Assembly (NCBI RefSeq): GCF_006345805.1
Contig: NC_043003.1
Coordinates: forward strand, 36,642,001-36,706,000
DNA from: Octopus sinensis
Taxonomy: Eukaryota
DNA length: 64,000 bases
Direction of reading: 5' to 3'
Made by a program: the position numbers and the translations under genes. The notes beneath the pieces were generated by a model. That model was given only the letters and a program-made list of their open reading frames with translations. It was not told where the DNA came from and searched no databases. This document shows positions 1-10,985 of the stretch, piece by piece (positions within the stretch are counted from its first letter, which is position 1; each line of letters opens with the position of its first letter).

Positions 1-225
1 ATTGTGTCCTCTCGATTGTATGCAGTATATTTTGTAGGCCTGCAAATGAAAGTAACATACAGTGACCACAATTCAAAGTTGTTGGCTATACAGCCCACAA
101 ACTTTGGTCTGTACGGTCGACCTACAGACGATCCAGAGCCAGAGCACGGGATACTGAAATAAAGTTGTATTGTCCCTTTTCGTTCTACCTTATGTCGTTG
201 TGTCCAATAAAGAAAACATTATTAG

Positions 226-291
226 TGCTGTTATTGTTGTTGTTGTTGTTGTTGTTGTTACTGCTGCTGCTGCTGCTGTCATCAACACCAC

Positions 292-323
<32 letters not shown>

Positions 324-347
324 CCATCTTCATCATCATCACCATCT

Positions 348-378
<31 letters not shown>

Positions 379-430
379 CATCATTATTATCATCATTATC
401 ATCATTATTACTATTGTTAATATTAATATT
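226..430. repeat. Compound trinucleotide microsatellite (GTT)n-(CTG)n-(CAT)n-(TAT)n
   Basis: Visible tandem runs; they explain overlapping poly-L/S/I/D/M ORFs in several frames. Confidence 0.95.
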
Positions 431-641
431 AATATTTGACTTATTATTAATCAATAGATTTTTTTGTTTCCATTAGTTTTTTGATAAATGTATTTTGCCG
501 CAGCTTTAATCAAGCCATTTCTTTTATTTCTTCAATACGTTGTTTTTTTAAAACTTTTTTTGTTAGATTATTGATGAAGGTGCAGAAGATTATGCAGCCG
601 ACATTGCTGCTACTGTTCCTGATTATGATGTTCGCGAGGAA

Positions 642-694
<53 letters not shown>

Positions 695-2329
695 CGTTGA
701 TGAACTGAAAAAAAAAACAAGACAAAATATGTATAATAAATATAAACAAAAAAGAAACAAATGAAGCGCTAACACATATTTCATTGGTGTTTATTCCTTA
801 TAGAACAAAGAAAACTTCAACGCAAAACCCGTTACTTTTGCGAATTTAGGAGCATTAGAAAAAGTAACAACGACACAAAAAGTGGGTGTGAGATAACGAG
901 AGATGTAAAGGAAGAGAACGACCATCTCTGAAAAAAAAATATGTATATTATGTTAATGCTTATTACCAAAAGAGGAATCTGAAAATGATTAATGATGTTT
1001 GACGACTTGATGCCGTAATGAAATAATCTGAAAATATCACTTAAGTAATATGGCAAGTCTTCATAATTTTGATCAAATATACCCAAGGGAAAATGTATAT
1101 TTTCACACGATTGGGAATCAAAACACGTGTACATAAACTAACATAAGAGCAAAATGTTGAATTTAATATATAAATTCGTGGTAAAAACAGAAATTTCTAA
1201 TACCCTATGATTAATGTATAACGGCAAGACGTCTGGCTGAACCTGTGTATATATATATGAGTGCTTGTTTGTGTGGGAGATAGAAAGTCTGTGAGTGTGT
1301 GTATGCCTACGTATGTGTGTGTATGTGTGTGTGTGTGTGTGTGCCTCTGTATATTTAAAGTAATCCGAATAATGGTAAGCAGGTGAACGAACTTCGTGGC
1401 AAACGCTCCATTGTGGTTGAAAAATAATATGAAAGTATTTTGAAGAAATAGAAATCAAGAAAAGAAAAACAATGACATAAATACAGAACTGCTATATTAG
1501 ATTTACGCTCAGAACGTAAAAAAAGATCCCACTAAAGTGTCTGTGATCTGGACTAAATCCATTCATCATTGAAAAAAAAACAAAAAAACATTGCAAGAAC
1601 GAAAACAGAGGGAGCATTTGCATCGATGGTATTAGATGATAGTTTGCAGGAGAGGAGAAAGGGCAAGAAAGGTTTTGAAAAAAGAACTGGTTTTTGAGAC
1701 TTAAAGAGTGAATACGCCTACGATTTGGACTGAATGACTTTCATCAGATAAAAGTTAACAAATAACATTAAAAGAAAGGCGAAATGAGAGAGAATTGTTG
1801 TGTCGAAACGTTATTTGTGCTGGTAAGTTAGTTGGATATGAAAGAGCGCTTGGAGAACGAATAACAGAGAAGATGACGGGTGAGTGTCAAATTGTATATG
1901 TATATAAAGCTAGCTTATCTTCGTTTGCAGGGGAATATACCATTTGCGCTTCTATTGTTGAAACAGCTGTGAGAGACTATCTGCGCTCATGGCTTTCTTT
2001 TTCTCTCTTCTATTCCGTTTAAATATATAAATGTAATAATCTAAAAATATACCAGTTGTTTGTCAAGTCATTCTCTTATTTTGCACATACCGGCAAAAGA
2101 TAAACCGTCTAAACCTATTTATTGTTAGGCAGCTGTAACAGCACTACATTTTGTTTTAGTTGCAGTAGAATTTGGAAATTTAGGAGATAGGTCGTCAATT
2201 TGATTACTAATTGTATATAATTTTTACAGTATGTTACTAGACGGAATATTACCTAAACTATCTCCTTTTCCCTCTCTCTCAGTACTATAAGTTCAATGAA
2301 AATAATGTCCCTTTCTATAAACACATTTT

Positions 2330-2800
2330 CTTGAGATTGTTTTAGTTAAATCGGGATTTTTCTAATTATGTTTGTGCTCTCCAATTACCTGTACTGTGCC
2401 ACAATCATCACCACAAATTTTTCAACAGTGGCACTAATGTTTGCGGACACGAATCTTGCATAACTACTGTAGATATACTTCGACATCACTCTGTAAAGAA
2501 TTATGTAACATATGAACTATGCCTGTCAACTTGCTTCATCTTTTGATATAATCAACAAGCACAAGCTGTCGAATGCCCTGCCCCACAAGTGAGTGCACTA
2601 AACCTGTCATGCATTATGCATTTTTCCACCCCCTCAACCTTTGATGACATATGTAAACTGTCAACATTTTTTCTTTGATTTTCTTTAATATTTACGGCAC
2701 GTCAATTTACTGCTGCGTTGTTTTGGATGAATTTTCGGGAAAGGAAGCACTCACTTTTGTAACATACATTTTCCACATATATTCATTTCTCGGAAGCTGA
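2330..2800 (-). pseudogene. Possible highly decayed hAT-type transposase fragment
   Basis: Manual minus-strand translation gives KKC*QFTY..MSSKVEGVEKCIMHDRFSALTCGAGHS, loosely resembling the hAT motif CRGQxYDGASxMSG..GVQ..I......A.YVHCxAHxLNL; many stops and frameshifts. Confidence 0.3.
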
Positions 2801-3108
2801 ATCATAACTTCAACTCATATGACTCACTACGCTAACATAAGCTGTTTTCGTAAAGGCGTTGCTGGTTAATTGAAACTATGCTCGTTTGTTTAAATCTCAG
2901 GTTTTCAGTTTATTTATCCGTGATTTACCAGAAAAATGTAGACATATTTTATGCTACTGTCATCATAGCTATATTTTTTGCGTCACACCTGGCTTCCTTT
3001 GCAATAAAACATACAAGGTAAATAAATATGTGCATATGTGTGTACGTGTGTGTTTGTGTTTGTGCGTGTGTGCGTGTATGTCAGTGTAGATAGATATAGA
3101 TATATATC

Positions 3109-3170
<62 letters not shown>

Positions 3171-3274
3171 TGTGTATAATTAATATATATTTATTTGTAT
3201 GTATACATGTATATATGTAAGCATGTATGTTTGTATTATGTATGCATTTATGTATGTATGTAAATGTACACAAT

Positions 3275-3305
<31 letters not shown>

Positions 3306-3534
3306 CGCATATTAAGAAATATTAAGAATCGCCGATAATTAAGAATGAATTTCTTTATTACGAATGAGGGAATGCGAATGCTCTTGTTTTTAACGCCACA
3401 AAACAAAGTGGACTTTCCGAAAAATTTTGTTGTCATGAAGATCATAACGAATCTTCTTTCATTAAGTACATCCGAAACAAATCATTTTCTGACCGGGAGA
3501 TCTGTCAATGCGCATGTGCACAGTAAGAGAACTG

Positions 3535-4562
3535 TCACAAAACAGCAGCAACAACAGCTACAACAACAGCAAGAAGAAGAACACAACAACGACAGCGACA
3601 GCAACTACAACAAGAAAGGGTTGTATTGTGAGTTCTTAGTGATGGTAGTGACAAAATTTCTTTTAAATATATGTTAGAATATGACAAGACAGCGATGAGG
3701 ATAATGTCAACAAGAAGGAGGAAGAGGCGGAGGAAGGTGGTGAGGATAATGTGGCGGGGTGAAGAAAACGAAAAATAAAGAAAAGAATATGGCAAATAAA
3801 TATTCAAAAACAAATAGCAATAGCAAGGTGGTGGTGATGGTGATAGTGGTGCCTCTGCTGCTGCTGCTAATACTGCTGTAAATACTGCTGCCCCTGATGT
3901 TGTTCCTGATGCTGCCCCTACCAGTACTACTTCCCCTACTGCTGTTCCTCTACTGTTGCTAGGTGTAGTAGGGGTGGCATTTTGAGATTGTGATGGTGAT
4001 TGGTACCTGTGATTGTTGTTGTGGGGGATTTCATGTGTGGTGGTGAGGGTTACTGTAATGGTGTTGTTGTTGCTGTTGGTCGTGGTGGTGGTGGTGGTGG
4101 TGGTGGTAGTGGTGGTGGTGGAAGTGTTCTTTATGATGGTGGTGATGATGATGATGATGGTGGAAATAATGATGGCGCTTGTTATGGTCGTGGTTCCAAT
4201 GATGAAATTGACGAAGATGAAGGGGATGGAGAAGATGATGAAGACGATTACGATGATGATGAGGAGGAGGAAGGAGAGGAGAGTGAAAACGATGATGATG
4301 ATGACGATTACAATGACGTTGACATTGATGATGATAATGATGATGATGATGTACACAATCACACACATGATGATGATGATGATGATAATGATGATGATGA
4401 CGACGACGACGACGACGATGACGATGACAACGACGACGATGATGACGATGACGACGACGACGATGAGGATGATGACGATGGCAATGACGATGATGATGGT
4501 GGTGACGATGATGATGGTGGTGGTGGTGGTGCTGCTGCTGCTGATGATGATGATGATGAGAT
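3535..4562. repeat. Long compound, degenerate trinucleotide microsatellite block (CAA/CAG, GGT, GAT, GAC)
   Basis: Visible runs; source of the 277-, 203- and 183-aa low-complexity ORFs. Confidence 0.9.
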
Positions 4563-4854
4563 GACAGTGATGTTCATGATAATAGAAAAGAAGAATTTTT
4601 TTTTTAAATAAGAATACTCATATATTCGGTTTAAGAGACAAAAACAATCAACTAGACACTTCCATTTTGTTGTCTCCCAAGATATCGATGAAGTTTTCGT
4701 AAAGTTCTTCAGGGGCGTCTGCTTAATTCGATTTTTTCTTGATTGGCAGCTGCGTCCCACAGTGAAGGAAGTAAATCTATTTCAAAATAGAAAAAAAAAA
4801 TCCTGATGGAAAGCGTGTGAGCAAAGAAAAGAAAAAGAATAAAAACAATAATAC

Positions 4855-4913
<59 letters not shown>

Positions 4914-5225
4914 CAAAAAAAAATACATATGATGCTGAAGATAAAGTTTTGATAAATGAAACAATAGTGAAGATGCTACCAGTCTCATTCATATTAGCAA
5001 GCTGATTGGAGTATAATTTTAATTAGCGCTTTTTCTTCCGATAACAGGAAAAAAGACAGGCTTCTGATGAATTTAACCAAAGTGATTATAATGTATTGTA
5101 GATAACCAACAGGTGTGAGTGTTACACAACATATGATTGGATTTGAGAAATTACATCATGACTACATACATATATACATGCACACACATACATACATACA
5201 TATACATACACACACACACACACAC

Positions 5226-5263
<38 letters not shown>

Positions 5264-5328
5264 GAGTAAGCACATAAATGTGAAACAAGGTGGGAAAAAG
5301 AGTACTCAGATACAAGAGGTAGAGTAAT

Positions 5329-5530
5329 ATGCTTTATTTAAAAGCAGCGAATATATATAACATAGAGCTGTTACTCAGAGTTTCACGTTCCTGCTCGTCG
5401 GACAGTTTCGTTAAAATAGAACAGGAGTAGAAATCTCTTTATGTTCCATTGTAACAAAACTGTTCGACGAACAGAGACGTGAAACTCTGAGTAGCTTTTG
5501 TTATATACCTGCTGCTTTTACATAAAGTAT
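5329..5530. repeat. Inverted repeat, ~90-95-bp arms with 18-nt spacer, Penelope-like terminus on each arm
   Basis: Reverse complement of 5329-5423 aligns to 5442-5530 (tgttctattttaacgaaactgtccgacgagcaggaacgtgaaactctgagtaacagc vs tgttccattgtaacaaaactgttcgacgaacagagacgtgaaactctgagtagc). Confidence 0.9.
5368..5405 (-). ncRNA. Minimal type I hammerhead ribozyme-like motif with U4C core variant
   Basis: Minus strand reads CUGU-CCGACGA-GCaggaacGU-GAAACUCUGAGUA^ACAG: stem I CUGU/ACAG, 2-bp stem II, self-complementary stem III ACUC-U-GAGU, GUA cleavage triplet. Confidence 0.6.
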
Positions 5531-6262
5531 ATATATATATATAAACGTATACAATTATGTGTATACATATACATATCTTTCTTTTTATATATATGTATAT
5601 ATATATATGTATGTATGTATGTATGCATATGTGTGTTTATGTATATATGTGTTTATGTATATATAAATACATATACATGTGTGTGTGTGTGTATCTATAA
5701 ATGTATATTTGCATGTTTGTATGAGTATATGTGTATATATATGCGTAGATATTTACACATATGTATCTCTCTATGTGTGTGTATATATATATATACGCAT
5801 GTATATGCGTCTGCCTGTATCTGTATGTATATCTATGGGTGGATGTTTCTATGTGTATATTTATGTTTTTGTGTATTTGTGTATAGGTATATATTTGTTC
5901 TCCATGCATGTGCATAGATATATGTTTGTGTGCGAGTATACGTGTGTATGGATAGATATATGTGTATCACCCGTACTTTCGGTTTTTCACTTCAATTAAT
6001 TTAACTTGTATAATTTTCGTTTTTGGATTTGGTTTTCAAGATTCTTTATATGACTTCGTGTGATGAAGCACATCCTGTTGCGTCTGGGGAGAGTTATTTT
6101 CTTTTTGTGCCTTATAATGTAACACATTCACTCGGTAAAATTTTGTTTGGAATTACCTTCTCCACTTTCTAATTAAATTAGCACTAATGTTTATGCGAAT
6201 ACATATACCCAGTTATATATCTGGGTACGTGTATATATGTGTGTGTGTATGTATATGCATGT

Positions 6263-6480
6263 GAGCTGGCAGAATCGTTAGCTCGCCGGGCGAAATTCTT
6301 ATCGATAATTCGTCTGCTATTACGTTGTGAGTTCAAATTCCGTCGAGGTCGATATTGACTTTCATCCATTCGGAATCGATTGAATAAGTACCAGTTACGC
6401 ACATAGGTTGATGTAATCGACTTAATCCCTTTGTTCTTCTTTGTCCCCTCTATGTTTACCACCCCCCTGGGCAAAAAATA
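6263..6480 (+). mobile_element. tRNA-derived SINE, family A
   Basis: GAGCTGGCAGAATCGTTAGC head, GAGTTCAAATTCC B-box-like motif and the core seen in many other copies in this window. Confidence 0.85.
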
Positions 6481-6533
6481 TATATGTGTATCTATGTATG
6501 GTTGTGTATATATATATATGTGTGTGTGTGTGC

Positions 6534-6592
<59 letters not shown>

Positions 6593-6729
6593 TGCATCTA
6601 TATATGTATGTGTGTATGCATGCACGTATGTACGTATATGTATGTGTATATATATGTTGAAAAAGTCTGAATCATTGGAATCGGTATTGAATTGTTTTTT
6701 ACACAATCATTTTAGCATTGTCTATCTTG

Positions 6730-6776
6730 ACTCTTTTCCATATATATATATATGTGTATATATATATATATATATA

Positions 6777-6827
<51 letters not shown>

Positions 6828-6971
6828 TCATGCATCAATAACTATATATCACTCTGCCCATACATCTCATTTATTTTAATTTCATTTTAATTTTTGATTT
6901 TTTAACTTCTATTTTCCCTATACATGTATAATATATATATATATATATTGTATATATATATATATATTATA

Positions 6972-7014
<43 letters not shown>

Positions 7015-7041
7015 ATATTTATATATTTATTATATATATAT

Positions 7042-7103
<62 letters not shown>

Positions 7104-7172
7104 ATATAATATATATATATATATAATATATATATATACATATAGTATTATATATATTATATATATATATAT
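6730..7172. repeat. Long interrupted (TA)n microsatellite
   Basis: Visible; one of many (TA)n tracts (also ~15908-16025, 26185-26400, 26865-27105, 31409-31490, 32486-32605, 35645-35830, 51565-52000). Confidence 0.95.
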
Positions 7173-7371
7173 TTAAGTAGTTGAATGAATTATCTTAGTA
7201 TGGATAATTCAGTTAACCGATACCCGGGTAGCAAATTTACGTCAGAAAGCACCGTTGAAGCTACATGCCAAGGGCAGAAATCACGTACTTTCGTGTGGAA
7301 ATTTGTGTGATTTTTTTACTATAGATAAATGAAAGAATGTAGTCGAACAACGATTTAACAAAATTCCTTTA

Positions 7372-7455
7372 TTCTCGACATATGTTTCGAAGACTGCATA
7401 TTCTTAATTCCGAAGGAATAAAGGGTGCATTATGCCGTCTTCCCATCAGGAAAGA
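7372..7455 (-). ncRNA. Penelope-type hammerhead ribozyme-like motif with A9G change
   Basis: Minus strand reads UUUC-CUGAUGG-GAAGAC-[long loop]-GUCUUC-GAAAC-AUAU-GUC^GAGA: 6-bp stem II, palindromic stem III ACAUAUGU, GUC triplet. Confidence 0.6.
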
Positions 7456-7659
7456 CAAGGAACTTATGCGCACGCACATATCCACACTTACACACACATT
7501 CCATCTCCTACCATTCTGCTGTCTTTGACAATACTACTCTTCTGTCTTTGAAAACATCTTTCTTCACCATTTTCCTTCCGGTCTTCAAAATGTGACCTCG
7601 TGTGTACTGTTGGCGATTTTTTCCCTCTGTCTTCCCTTCTCTGGATCTTTCATTCTTCT

Positions 7660-7788
7660 ATGTTTCCGACGAAGAGCTCCGCTCGAAACGTTAATACCTC
7701 CTTCTTTCCTGAGCGTCCAATAATGCTATATTTGTTCCACGTCCTCGCGTTGTTGTGTTTTTTTTTGTGCTTTCTTGTTTGGATTAAC

Positions 7789-7790
<2 letters not shown>
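7660..7790 (+). mobile_element. Penelope-like element terminus with degenerate hammerhead-like motif
   Basis: GUUU-CCGACGA-A-GAGC-ucc-GCUC-GAAAC-GUU-AA at 7662-7694, then a T-rich tail ending at a (TA)n tract. Confidence 0.5.
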
Positions 7791-7831
<41 letters not shown>

Positions 7832-8135
7832 ATAAAATCTCCTATTAGCGCCTCACCTCCATTTCCATCCCTTCGCCTTGTACTGTTCCTACTTGTATCT
7901 CTTTCCACGTGCCGAAATGCACTAAGGTCATAAATTGGGTCTCCCCACAACACACATTTTTAATATTGTCTAATTGTCTCTTTAATCGATCTGTACACTT
8001 TGTTGCACATCGTCTTAAATACATCGTCTTCCATCGAACGAATCTTGGCAACAATGGTTCTGCCTGCACTGGCTGACACACTGCCAGCATACGACTAGAT
8101 AAACCGTTTTGCTACATGCAACTCTACCCAATGTA

Positions 8136-8154
8136 TCTTCTTCTCCCTCTTTCT

Positions 8155-8201
<47 letters not shown>

Positions 8202-8292
8202 TTCTTCTTCTTCTTCTTCTTCTTCTTCTTCTTCTTCTTCTTCTTCTTCTTCTTCTTCTTCTTCTCCTTCTTCTTCGTCTTCTTCTTCTTTT
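8136..8292. repeat. (CTT)n microsatellite and pyrimidine-rich tract
   Basis: Visible run; source of poly-K/F/S ORFs. Confidence 0.95.
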
Positions 8293-8740
8293 CCTTCTCC
8301 TTCATCCGATTATTCTTCTTTCTCTTCTCTTCCTGCTACTTCACCTTCGCCTTCTCCTATTCCTTTTCCTCCTCCTTCTCCTCCATTTATCCCTCCTATC
8401 ATTATACGTATCCACCCTCTTTGCACACACCCCTTACACGCATAATATCTTCTCCACATACTCATCCCGCATACACACTTTTATTATTTTTACTTTTTTG
8501 TTTTCTCCCCATTAGTTCCTAACAACAACATCAGACAGATCCATAATGTTATAGCACACTTTTGATGCAAATCTGAGGAAGCATCTTTCCAATAGCTAAA
8601 ACTTCAAATATTACGTGATATTTCTTGTGAATTTTCGTGTAAACTGGCTTTGCAAATGGACATGGCACGGAAACATTTGTAACTTATAATTAAAGATATT
8701 CAAAGAATTTTTTTGCCATATATATATATATATATATATA

Positions 8741-8950
8741 TGAAGGTGCGTGGCTTCCTGGTGAGGCTGTTGCACTCACAATCACTAGGTCGTGGGATCG
8801 ATCCCTAGAACAGAAGATGGGTTGGGTTTTTTAATTAAATACTACATTTCTCTTTGCTCCAAAACCCCTTCGGTCAGGTTGGCCTGCTCGACTAGCCAGC
8901 AAGGTGGTGTCATTCGTGGGCTATAAAGATGCAAGGCGATCACGTGATGA
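8741..8950 (+). mobile_element. Diverged tRNA-derived SINE with TCACGTGA-type tail
   Basis: tRNA-like head (GGTCGTGGGATCGATCCC); 3' part ttggcctgctcgactagccagc..gtcattcg..gatcacgtga matches the tail of the copy at 25401-25680. Confidence 0.65.
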
Positions 8951-9020
8951 CGTAGTATATATAAACGGTGGTGCATCAGAATAGCCGCTGCTCTGGGCTG
9001 AAACTAGAGAGAGAAAAAAA

Positions 9021-9088
<68 letters not shown>

Positions 9089-9237
9089 CACACACACATT
9101 TATTTATTTATATATACCTTCTCTTCGAACTAAATTTAATAATTTGCATAAAAAAGAAAACCAAATATCCTATGCAAATTCAAAGATATTTAAAAAGTAA
9201 AAAAACATCAACAACAATATGACACGTTAATAGCAGC

Positions 9238-10700
9238 TTATTCAAAGTAACAACTCCCACCTTTTAGCACAGCCTGTAGACGTCTCTAGACCCTATCGCA
9301 TACCTTCCTCCCTGAGCCCCTGCGAAGATCTTCGAAAATTTCCTTGATCTCGGCCATCTACTCAGCCTTGGTATTGCATTCAGAACAGTTGATGTCATTT
9401 GCAACTGTACCCCACTTATTAGAATGATATTAGAATCTACAGGCTAGATTTTGGAGCCGGCAGAAGTGTAGAAATTCTCCGACAACCAAATTCTGAGTCT
9501 ATCCAGAGGTGTGGCTATGAACTGACTCCTGCTGCCATACATATGGCTTTCCAGCATCAGATCTTTTTAGAGGTTAGATTTTGGAGCCGGCAAAAGTGTA
9601 GAAATTCTCCGACAACCAAATTCTGAGTCTTTCCAGAGGTGTGGCTATGAACTGACTCCTGCTGCCATACATATGGCTTTCCAGCATCAGATCTTTTTAG
9701 AGGTTAGATTTTGGAGCCGGCAAAAGTGTAGAAATTCTCCGACAACCAAATTCTGAGTCTTTCCAGAGGTGTGGCTATGAACTGACTCCTGCTGCCATAC
9801 ATATGGCTTTCCAGCATCAGATCTTTTTAGAGGTTAGATTTTGGAGCCGGCAAAAGTGTAGAAATTCTCCGACAACCAATTCTGAGTCTTTCCAGAGGTG
9901 TGGCTATGAACTGACTCCTGCTGCCATACATATGGCCTTCCAACATCAGATCTTTTTAGAGGTTAGATTTTGGAGCCGGCAGTAGTGTAGAAATTCTCCG
10001 ACAACCAATTCTGAGTCTTTCCAGAGGTGTGGCTATGAACTGACTCCTGCTGCCATACATATGGCCTTCCAGCATCAGATCTTTTTAGAGGTTAGATTTT
10101 GGAGCCGGCAGAAGTGTAGAAATTCTCCGACAACCAATTCTGAGTCTTTCCAGAGGTGTGGCTATGAACTGACTCCTGCTGCCATACATATGGCCTTCCA
10201 GCATCAGATTTTAGAGGTTAGATTTTGGAGCCGGCAGAAGTGTAGAATTCTCCGACAACCAATTCTGAGTCTTTCCAGAGGTGTGGCTATGAACTGACTC
10301 CTGCTGCCATACATATGGCCTTCCAGCATCAGATCTTTTTAGAGGTTAGATTTTGGAGCCGGCAGAAGTGTAGAAATTCTCCGACAACCAATTCTGAGTC
10401 TTTCCAGAGGTGTGGCTATGAACTGACTCCTGCTGCCATACATATGGACTTCCAGCATCAGATCTTTTTAGAGGTTAGATTTTGGAGCCGGCAGAAGTGT
10501 AGAAATTCTCCGACAACCAAATTCTGAGCCTTTCCAGAGGTGTGGCTATGAACTGACTCCTGCTGCCATACATATGGCCTTCCAGCATCAGATCTTTTTA
10601 GTCTGTAGCATCCGATTGAACTGAGGCTAAGTCCCTATTCGAAGATGTGTGGTAACATGACGTCAACCTCGCTGGAAACGCACACTAAGACTAACACAGT
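9238..10700 (-). pseudogene. Decayed maT/DD37D-like (Tc1/mariner superfamily) transposase, C-terminal half
   Basis: Minus strand: VLVCVSSEVDVMLPHIFE*GL (10600-10700), AGRPYVWQQESVHSHTSGKTQNWLSENFY..I*P (repeat unit), GTVANDINCSECNTKAE*MAEIKEIFEDL, RLQAVLKGGSCYFE* (stop 9238-9240). Confidence 0.85.
9441..10601. repeat. Tandem array of 9 copies of a ~129-bp unit
   Basis: Anchor TAGATTTTGGAGCCGG at 9445, 9575, 9705, 9835, 9964, 10093, 10219, 10347, 10476 (spacings 130,130,130,129,129,126,128,129). Confidence 0.97.
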
Positions 10701-10784
10701 GTGAGGAAACTTAATTTATATGATACGTAGGACATCCCATGGTATGTAGGGAAGACACATTTCATTCTGGGTGTTGTGCAACTG

Positions 10785-10985
10785 GGCCTGGCGAAACGCT
10801 TAGCGGTATGTCGTCTGCCGTTACGTTCTGAGTTCAAATTACGCCGAGGTCGACTTTGCCTTTCATCCTTTCGGGGTCGATTAATTAAGTACCAGTTATG
10901 TACTGGGGTCGATGTACTTATGTACTTTGTCCTTGTTTGTTCCCTCTATGTTTAGCCCCTTCTGGGCAATAAAGAAGTAAGAAGT
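10785..10985 (+). mobile_element. SINE family A, 5'-truncated
   Basis: gttacgttctgagttcaaattacgccgaggtcgactttgcctttcatcctttcggggtcga core and the tail shared with 44633-44864. Confidence 0.85.

Noticed and set aside
6050-6095. GTGATGAAGC... hammerhead-like start
   Set aside because: C3 is absent and there is no GAAA or paired stem II.
7845-8125. GIY-YIG-like or Cys-rich coding fragment (CSKTVYLVVCWQC)
   Set aside because: Only a superficial match; no YIG/YVG motif or downstream conserved Arg/Glu, and the frame has several stops.
9441-10601. CRISPR-like array
   Set aside because: Units are contiguous with no unique spacers, derive from a transposase, and the context is eukaryotic with no cas genes.
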